The position numbers were made by a program, and so were the translations under genes. A stretch of DNA of 64,000 nucleotides from positions 992 through 64,991 of the forward strand of contig CANQLV010000012.1 of assembly GCA_947624785.1 (NCBI GenBank), written 5' to 3'. Below, one piece after another: positions 58,038-64,000 of the stretch; position 1 is the first letter of the stretch, and every line of letters starts with the position of its first letter. The notes below the pieces were generated by a model. It searched no databases. It was not told the origin of the DNA and saw only the letters and a program-made list of their open reading frames with translations. This DNA comes from Akkermansia muciniphila (GTDB lineage Bacteria > Verrucomicrobiota > Verrucomicrobiia > Verrucomicrobiales > Akkermansiaceae).

Positions 58038-60356
58038 ATGACCGACCAGCCAGAATCCCCGTCTTCTCCAGAGGCTCCCAAATTACGTCGCCGCCTGGTA
58101 ACGGCAGCCCCTGCGGCAGCGCCCAAAGTGAAGTTTGCTTCCCCCGCCGCGGAAGGCGTGGAAGTTGCCAAACCGCGTTTCCTCACTCCTGAATTGCAGG
58201 CCAAGCTGGCCCAGGAGCAGGAGGAAGCCGCGCGCCGTGCCGCAGAGCAGGCGGAAGCGGACAGGATTGCGGCGGAAAAGGCGGCAGCCGAGCAGGAGGC
58301 CGCCCGCATCGCTGCGGAAAAGGAGGCGGCCAGGATAGCCGCCGAGGAGGAAGCCGCCAGAATCAGGGCGGAGCAGGAGGCCGCGGAAGCCGCGCGCATT
58401 GCCGCGGAGAAGGAGGCGGCCCGCGTGGCGGCGGAAGAGGAAAGAGCCCGCCTTGCGGCGGAACAGGAGGAAAAGGAAGCCGCTTCCCGGCCATTGCCCG
58501 GTCCGGCGGTGGATGCCCAGATCCAGGACGCCCTTGCCAAGGTGGCGGAGGCCCAGAAAGCCTTGGCGGACGCCCAGGCCGCTGCCCTGGCGCAGGCCGC
58601 CGGCGTGGCTCCCGCTGCCGTTCAGGCGCCTGAACCGGCTGCTCCGGCGCCTGCCGCGGCGCCCACGGGCTCCATCCCCAAATTGAAAGTTTTAAAAACT
58701 TCCCCGGCTCCGGCCCAGGCGCAGGAAGCCCCTGCCGCCGCTCCGGCGGAAAGCGCGGTGCCCCGGCTGAAAGTGCTGAAATCCCCCGTGGGGACCGCTC
58801 CCGTTCCTTCCGTGGCGTCTGCCGCGGCTTCCCAGCCCGTGGCTGCCGCGTCTGTTTCTCCCACCGCCAGCGTCCCCCTTGCGGGCGCGGGCGGCATCCA
58901 GCCGCCTGCCGGCACGGAAACCACCCGGGAAATGGTCGCCTCCGTGGATAAGTCCAAATCCCTGCTGAGGGGTGTCATTTACGGGGTATGCGCCCTGGTG
59001 CTTGCCGCCGCCGGGGTAGGAATTTATGCATGGCATACCAACAGCAAGAAAGACCAGGTGGAAGGGGAAAACGCGCGCCTGAATGCACTGGTGGTGGAAG
59101 GCGGCAAACTGGGCCGCAGCCGCCTGTTTGACTCCAAAAATCTCAGCCGCGTTCCGGACGTGAAGGTGGTTCCCAATGCGGAGGACGCCGCCCTGCTCCT
59201 CGCCAATGTGAGGGGAACCAAGGGGAACCGGGAAAACTGGCCCGGCGCCGCCCACCTGGTTTCCATCATGGCCCAGATGGATGACAACATCGCGCGCCAG
59301 GTGGTGGAAGACATGAAGAAAAACGTCGGCAGGTACAGCAAGGAGAAATACTCCATGATGGTGACGCTGCTGGCCAAATCTTCCAGCCCCGCCATGCGTG
59401 GCATGCTTAAAGACCTGTACGCCTCCATCAGTGATAGCAAGAACAAGAAAATTCAGGACAAGCAGGCCGTGGTGCTCAAGTACATGCGCTTTGCCATGAA
59501 GCTGGACGACCTGGACGACGTCATGAAGATTCTCCAGCAGAAGGATGCCTCCCAGGACCTGGTTTCTTCCGCCTTCCGCACGGCCCGCTACCTGATTGAC
59601 GAAGCTCCCCCCGCCAAGCGCATGGCGCTCTCTTCCAAACTGCTCCAGTACCAGAAGAACATGCCGGAGGAAAACGTCAAGGTCCTCTACAAGCTGCTGG
59701 CCCGCACCGGTGATCCCAAGGTGCTGGACATGATGGAAAAGAGCTACAAGGAAGACCCCAAGAAGGCGCTCGCCATCATCACCGCCTGGGGGGACTGGAA
59801 CACGGATGACGCCGTTCCGTACCTGTTCAAGGCGTGGAAGGATGAATCCCTGCATGAACGCGTGCGCTCCCAGGCCCATGATTCCATTCTCCGCGTGCTC
59901 TCCGTGGATCGTGACCGGGATGACAACGCCACGCTCAAGCTGTTCGAGCCCCTGATTGCGGACGCCAAGACGAGCGAACGCCGCCAGTTCCTGGTTTCCG
60001 CCTTCAAGAGGCTCAGCAACCGCCCCTATGTGATCCGCCTGCTGGGCCGCATCAAGCAAACGGCGGAAGACCACAGGAATGTGGTGGAACCCAAGTTCCA
60101 GGCCGCGGAGGAAGCCCTGTTCAAGGCGGAGGACAAATTCAAGGCCAACCCGAACGATGCCGCCGCCAAAGCTGATTATGAAGCCAAGGAAAAGGTCTAT
60201 AATGAGCTGGCCAGCCAGAAAACCGGGGAAGACAAGGTGATTGCGGCGGTGGACAAGGCCCTGGAAAAGGTGAGAAAGACGCCTGTTCCCACCAAGAAGG
60301 CCGCTTCCTCCGATGACAGGGAGGACGACGAGTCGTCCGTTATCAAGACAATTTAA
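58038..60356 (+). CDS. Large bitopic membrane protein: Ala/Glu/Pro-rich repetitive N-terminus, single TM, helical-repeat C-terminal domain
   Basis: 772 aa; EAARIAAE repeats, P/A-rich linker, TM GVIYGVCALVLAAAGVGIYAW, then HEAT-like helical region. Confidence 0.8.
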   Translation: MTDQPESPSSPEAPKLRRRLVTAAPAAAPKVKFASPAAEGVEVAKPRFLTPELQAKLAQEQEEAARRAAEQAEADRIAAEKAAAEQEAARIAAEKEAARIAAEEEAARIRAEQEAAEAARIAAEKEAARVAAEEERARLAAEQEEKEAASRPLPGPAVDAQIQDALAKVAEAQKALADAQAAALAQAAGVAPAAVQAPEPAAPAPAAAPTGSIPKLKVLKTSPAPAQAQEAPAAAPAESAVPRLKVLKSPVGTAPVPSVASAAASQPVAAASVSPTASVPLAGAGGIQPPAGTETTREMVASVDKSKSLLRGVIYGVCALVLAAAGVGIYAWHTNSKKDQVEGENARLNALVVEGGKLGRSRLFDSKNLSRVPDVKVVPNAEDAALLLANVRGTKGNRENWPGAAHLVSIMAQMDDNIARQVVEDMKKNVGRYSKEKYSMMVTLLAKSSSPAMRGMLKDLYASISDSKNKKIQDKQAVVLKYMRFAMKLDDLDDVMKILQQKDASQDLVSSAFRTARYLIDEAPPAKRMALSSKLLQYQKNMPEENVKVLYKLLARTGDPKVLDMMEKSYKEDPKKALAIITAWGDWNTDDAVPYLFKAWKDESLHERVRSQAHDSILRVLSVDRDRDDNATLKLFEPLIADAKTSERRQFLVSAFKRLSNRPYVIRLLGRIKQTAEDHRNVVEPKFQAAEEALFKAEDKFKANPNDAAAKADYEAKEKVYNELASQKTGEDKVIAAVDKALEKVRKTPVPTKKAASSDDREDDESSVIKTI
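58224..58476 (+). repeat. Imperfect coding tandem repeat (about 7 copies of E-A-A-R-I-A-A-E-K/E/Q)
   Basis: EAARRAAEQ-AEADRIAAEK-AAAEQ-EAARIAAEK-EAARIAAEE-EAARIRAEQ-EAA-EAARIAAEK-EAARVAAEE-ERARLAAEQ. Confidence 0.85.
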
Positions 60357-60709
60357 ATGGCCTCGCCAAGCCGTATCCGGAACCGGAGGGAGAACATCCC
60401 TCCGGTTTTTGCATGAAAGGGAATCCCCTTGGCTTCCGGAAACGGGGATTCCCTGTTCCCCGTATACGATATGGGCACCCTCGTGGGAACAAGGAGCTTC
60501 CGCCCCTTGCCTGCTGTGGAAGAAAACGGGAGAGAAAAGTTCTCCTTTCATTGCCCTGCGGGGGACAGTCCCTCTCCGAAGGCCGGGAGACCTACGTTCC
60601 CAGGTGGCGGCAGAAACGGATTTTCCGGGGATTATGGCATTTTCTGGGGTTCCCCGCCATACCAGCCGCCGGAAATATTTCCGGCGCCCGTTTTCTCCGC
60701 ATCCGGCTC

Positions 60710-61960
60710 TTACAGGAACAGGCCCGCCTGGTACACCAGCGTAGCCGTCAGAAACCCCAGCAGGGTCAATCCTCCGAATTGCGCCAAGGCAAACCACCAG
60801 GTGCCCGCTTCCCGTTTGGCGACGGTGACGGTGCCGATGCAGGGCAGCGCGATCAGGCAGAACATCATGATGCTGATGCCCTGGAGGGGGGTGTAGCTGG
60901 CTTTAAGGCGGGCGTTCAGGGTCTGCTGGGCTGCCGGGCCGGAGTCCCCGTCCTGCACCGCATAGAGAATGCCCATCTGGGTGACGAAGATTTCCTTGGC
61001 CGCAAAAGCGCCCAGAAGAGCGGAATTGATCTTCCAGTCAAATCCGGCCACTTGCGTGACGGGTTCCATCCAGTGGCCTATTTTCCCAGCGTAGGAATGT
61101 TCCATGGCAGCGGCTGCGTCCGGAGCCGTTCCTTCCTCCGGCCTGGGGTAGGTGTTCAGGAACCACAGGATGATGGAGGCCCCCAGAATGAAGGTTCCCG
61201 CCTTCCGGACGTACATGAAGGCCCGCGACCACATCAGGGCGCCCACCTTCCGCAGGGAGGGGAGGCGCAGGCGCTTCATGTGGTGGAGGGAGTCCCTCTG
61301 GGCGGTCTTGAAAAGCGTGTTTTTCAGGAGCCGGGCGCAGCACAGGGCCAGAAAGACGCCGCTGGCGTAAATCCCGAACAATACGGTGGCCTGCAGGCGG
61401 GAGGGAAACAGGGCGGAGACGAACATCATGTAAATCGGCAGGCGCCCCGCGCAGCTCATCATGGGCAGGACGGCGATGGTGACCAGGCGGTCGTTGCGCG
61501 TTTCAATCCTCCGGGTGGACAGAATGGCGGGAACCGAGCAGCCGAAGCCCAGCAGGAGGGGGGCAAAGCTGCTGCCGTTCAGCCCCATGATCTTCATGAT
61601 GCGGCTCATGAGGCGGGAGACCCGCATCATGTATCCGCTGTTTTCCAGCAGGGTGATGGCTCCGAAGAGCAGCACCACGTTGGGGAGAAAGGCCAGCACG
61701 CCGCCTACGCCGCCCACCACGCCTTCCCCCAGCAGGGATTGCAGGCGGGGCCACGGTTCCAGCATGCGGCAGGCCCAGATGCTGAACATCTGCGTCCCTG
61801 TCTGGATGAGCCTGACCAGGGGGTCGCCAATGGCGAAGCTCAGGAAAAAAATAATGTAAACGATGCACAGGAAGATAAGGGAGCCCCATATCCTGTGCAT
61901 CAGGACGGCGTCCAGCCTGGTTCTCCACCTGTTGTCCTGCGCCTCTGCCTCCCGTTCCAT
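60710..61960 (-). CDS. FeoB-like membrane domain (Gate + FeoB_C + Gate) without the N-terminal GTPase
   Basis: LDAVLMHRIWG..IF, GVGGVLAFLP, LENSGYM.R, GFGCSVPA, MSCAGRLP, AAKEIFV, LPCIGT; no G1-G4 motifs. Confidence 0.85.
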   Translation of the reverse strand: MEREAEAQDNRWRTRLDAVLMHRIWGSLIFLCIVYIIFFLSFAIGDPLVRLIQTGTQMFSIWACRMLEPWPRLQSLLGEGVVGGVGGVLAFLPNVVLLFGAITLLENSGYMMRVSRLMSRIMKIMGLNGSSFAPLLLGFGCSVPAILSTRRIETRNDRLVTIAVLPMMSCAGRLPIYMMFVSALFPSRLQATVLFGIYASGVFLALCCARLLKNTLFKTAQRDSLHHMKRLRLPSLRKVGALMWSRAFMYVRKAGTFILGASIILWFLNTYPRPEEGTAPDAAAAMEHSYAGKIGHWMEPVTQVAGFDWKINSALLGAFAAKEIFVTQMGILYAVQDGDSGPAAQQTLNARLKASYTPLQGISIMMFCLIALPCIGTVTVAKREAGTWWFALAQFGGLTLLGFLTATLVYQAGLFL

Positions 61961-62093
61961 AAATTACCGGGGAGTAACTTAGAACCTGCGAATTTGACAG
62001 GCAAGCTTAAAAATCCCGGATTTGCGGGAAGGCTGCTTTGAGCCGACCCGGTTCCGGATTGCGCCCCAGGGAATTGCGGAATCCCGGCTTCTG

Positions 62094-62582
62094 CTAGCGG
62101 CGCGTGGCCGCAAGCCCCTGAATGAACAGGATGGCCGCCGTGCAGCCGAAAATCATGGAGGGCAGGCACTGGAGCATGTACAGCGGGTCCGTGGAGCCGT
62201 TCCCGTAAGAGGGGAAGATGAAAGCCATGACCAGTGCAATCAGCGCCAGGCCCCATGCCAGCCAGGATACGGCGGGGACGGCGGTGCCGGAGCCAGCGGC
62301 AGTGAGCCGGGAGTGGTTTCCTTCCCTGGGGCCGCGCCCATCCGCGTCCCGTCCGGAAGAAGTCGGCTGCTTTTTCTTGACGAGGGGCAGGGAAGCCGGC
62401 GTTTTTACGGCGTTTTCCGGCTTTTGCCCGGAGGGGGAAGAGGGGGCTTCCCCAAAGGGAAGCCCCGTTTTAACGTGAATCAGGACGCCGCACGCCGTGC
62501 AGTGCATGCCGGCTTTTTCATCCAGCCCGGCCGGGTAGGTGTACCCGTGGCCGCACAGGGAGCATGTGGCGGATTCTCTCAT
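62094..62582 (-). CDS. Zinc-ribbon membrane protein (hypothetical)
   Basis: CSLC...CTAC at the N-terminus, Pro/Ser linker, two C-terminal TM helices. Confidence 0.65.
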   Translation of the reverse strand: MRESATCSLCGHGYTYPAGLDEKAGMHCTACGVLIHVKTGLPFGEAPSSPSGQKPENAVKTPASLPLVKKKQPTSSGRDADGRGPREGNHSRLTAAGSGTAVPAVSWLAWGLALIALVMAFIFPSYGNGSTDPLYMLQCLPSMIFGCTAAILFIQGLAATRR

Positions 62583-62601
62583 GATTCAGGCTGAATGGGT
62601 G

Positions 62602-63999
62602 TTAGTCGTCCAGCGGAAGCAGGTCCGCCAGGTCGGCCTTGGTTTCCGGCCTTTGGCGAATTTCCTGGAGCTTGGCTTTCATCTGCTCGCAGATATCCGG
62701 ATGCTGGGCGGCTACGTTGTTGAGTTCCTTCGGGTCCTTTTCCAGGTCGAACAGGCTGCCGCCTTCCGGGGACTTGCTCATTTTTGCGACTACTCCGTTG
62801 ATTCCGTCGCGGATGGCTACGCCGGCGGGGATGAACTTCCATTTGCCGTGGCGGATGGCCAGCGCCTTGCCGGTGCTGTTGATGACATGGTAGTCGCGGC
62901 CCTTGGCGGATTTGCCCAGGATGGCGGCCATCACGTTTTCAGAGTCCCGGAAGGAATTGGCCTTGCCGGGTTCCAGAAGCTGTTCCAGGGAGGCGGCCAG
63001 GTCCATCTGGTTGAACAGGGCCTTGCTCGTGGCTCCGGGTTTGACCACTCCGGGCCATTTGACGATGAACGGAATGCGGGAACCCCCTTCCAGAATGCTG
63101 TACTTGCCTGCGCGGAAAGGACCGGCGGGGGAGTGGGTGGCATTGTCCCTGACGGCAAAATCCTTGTAGCCGTCGTCAAGCACCGGGCCGTTGTCGCTGG
63201 AGAAAATCACCAGGGTGTCTTTTTCCAGACCGGCTTTTTGCAGGGCTTCCGTGATGCGGCGGACGCAGTCGTCCAGTTCCACGGTCACGTCACCGCGCAC
63301 GCCGTGCTGGCTCTTGCCCACAAAGCGTTTTTCCGGGCAGCGCGGCACGTGGATGTCATGCGTGGCGAACATCAGGAAGAACGGTTCCTTGGCCTTGGCG
63401 CTCTTCTGGATGTATTCAATGGCCTTGTTCGTGATCACATCCGCGTTTTCCTCATCCTTCCACAGGGCGCTCTTGCCGCCCTTCATGAAGCCGATGCGGC
63501 CGATGCCGTTGATAATGGCCTGGTTGTGTCCGTGGCTCCACATGAGCTTGAGCTGGTCCTTGTTGTCTTTCCCGTTCGGGAGGCCGGGGAAGTTGTGACG
63601 GTAGGACACTTCAATGGGATCCTTCGGGTCCAGGTTTCGGACGTTGCCGTTTTCCAGAATCACGCAGGGAACGCGGTCTCCCGTGGCGGCGAAGATGAAG
63701 CTTTCATCAAAGCCGATTTCATTCGGGCTGGGGGCGATGTGCTTGTTCCAGTCAATCGTCTTTCCCTTTTCCCCCAGGCCCAGGTGCCACTTGCCCACCA
63801 TGTAGGTTTTATAGCCGTGGGATTGGAGCATCTTGGGCAGCGTGGGCTTCTTGGTATCGATAATCAGGGCGGCGTCCCCCGGCAGAATGCCCGTGCCTTC
63901 CTTGCGCCAGGGATATTCCCCGGTGAACAGGGCGTAGCGGGAAGGGGTGCAGACGGAAGTGGTGGAATAGGCGTCCGTAAAGCGGATGCCCTGCTTGGC
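62602..63999 (-). CDS. Cys-type sulfatase (arylsulfatase family), 5' end outside the window
   Basis: The frame continues to the window edge: RFTDAYSTTSVCTPSRYALFTG (CxPxR), VGKWHLG, HDIHVP, FSSDNG, EGGSRIPF. Confidence 0.95.
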   Translation of the reverse strand, partial: AKQGIRFTDAYSTTSVCTPSRYALFTGEYPWRKEGTGILPGDAALIIDTKKPTLPKMLQSHGYKTYMVGKWHLGLGEKGKTIDWNKHIAPSPNEIGFDESFIFAATGDRVPCVILENGNVRNLDPKDPIEVSYRHNFPGLPNGKDNKDQLKLMWSHGHNQAIINGIGRIGFMKGGKSALWKDEENADVITNKAIEYIQKSAKAKEPFFLMFATHDIHVPRCPEKRFVGKSQHGVRGDVTVELDDCVRRITEALQKAGLEKDTLVIFSSDNGPVLDDGYKDFAVRDNATHSPAGPFRAGKYSILEGGSRIPFIVKWPGVVKPGATSKALFNQMDLAASLEQLLEPGKANSFRDSENVMAAILGKSAKGRDYHVINSTGKALAIRHGKWKFIPAGVAIRDGINGVVAKMSKSPEGGSLFDLEKDPKELNNVAAQHPDICEQMKAKLQEIRQRPETKADLADLLPLDD

Positions 64000-64000
64000 A

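Noticed and set aside
58224-58476. CRISPR-like or non-coding repeat array
   Set aside because: The repeats are degenerate at third codon positions and encode a protein repeat; there are no unique spacers or cas genes. No CRISPR array was seen anywhere in the window.
61961-62093. Frameshifted FeoB GTPase domain upstream of the FeoB-like gene
   Set aside because: Only about 130 nt before the next gene, with no G1 (GxxxxGKS/T) motif in any frame I read.

Overview
GC-rich bacterial chromosomal window, most likely Akkermansia (Verrucomicrobiota). The taxon is inferred from the character of the proteins and gene order, not from a database search. Most of it is core or housekeeping DNA: a partial Na+/solute symporter, pyrG-kdsB, an O-antigen ligase/polymerase-like gene, tRNA-Ala(CGC), a SurA/parvulin PPIase, two tandem pilT ATPases, a yqjD/E/K-like triad, mlaEFD, two tandem MsbA-like ABC transporters, a phosphohexomutase, NlpC/P60-ftsA-ftsZ-DUF6056, CASDH/saccharopine dehydrogenase plus an SMR pump, duplicated thioredoxin-like genes, a GH29 fucosidase, oppABC, tyrS, a parB-M28-BatA-vWA cluster, tRNA-Thr(TGT), parC, a FeoB-like membrane domain and a partial sulfatase. 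The features most worth a second look are: (1) a low-GC two-gene insert at about 26.85-28.75 kb encoding a cytoplasmic trypsin-like protease and an overlapping, possibly NUDIX-fold protein, a candidate defence/conflict module; (2) a full-length NAD-synthetase-like ORF that has lost its catalytic motifs, upstream of mlaEFD; (3) an FtsZ with a non-canonical T7 loop, translationally coupled to a membrane glycosyltransferase-like gene; (4) an acyltransferase-3 gene interrupted by one in-frame TAA; (5) a prophage lysis remnant (GH108 endolysin) beside tRNA-Thr; (6) a 76-aa His/Asn-rich lipoprotein; (7) an HTH + AT-hook-like + coiled-coil protein with no transposase partner; (8) a FeoB lacking its GTPase domain. 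I saw no CRISPR array, rRNA or intact IS element. All family assignments rest on motifs recognised by eye.
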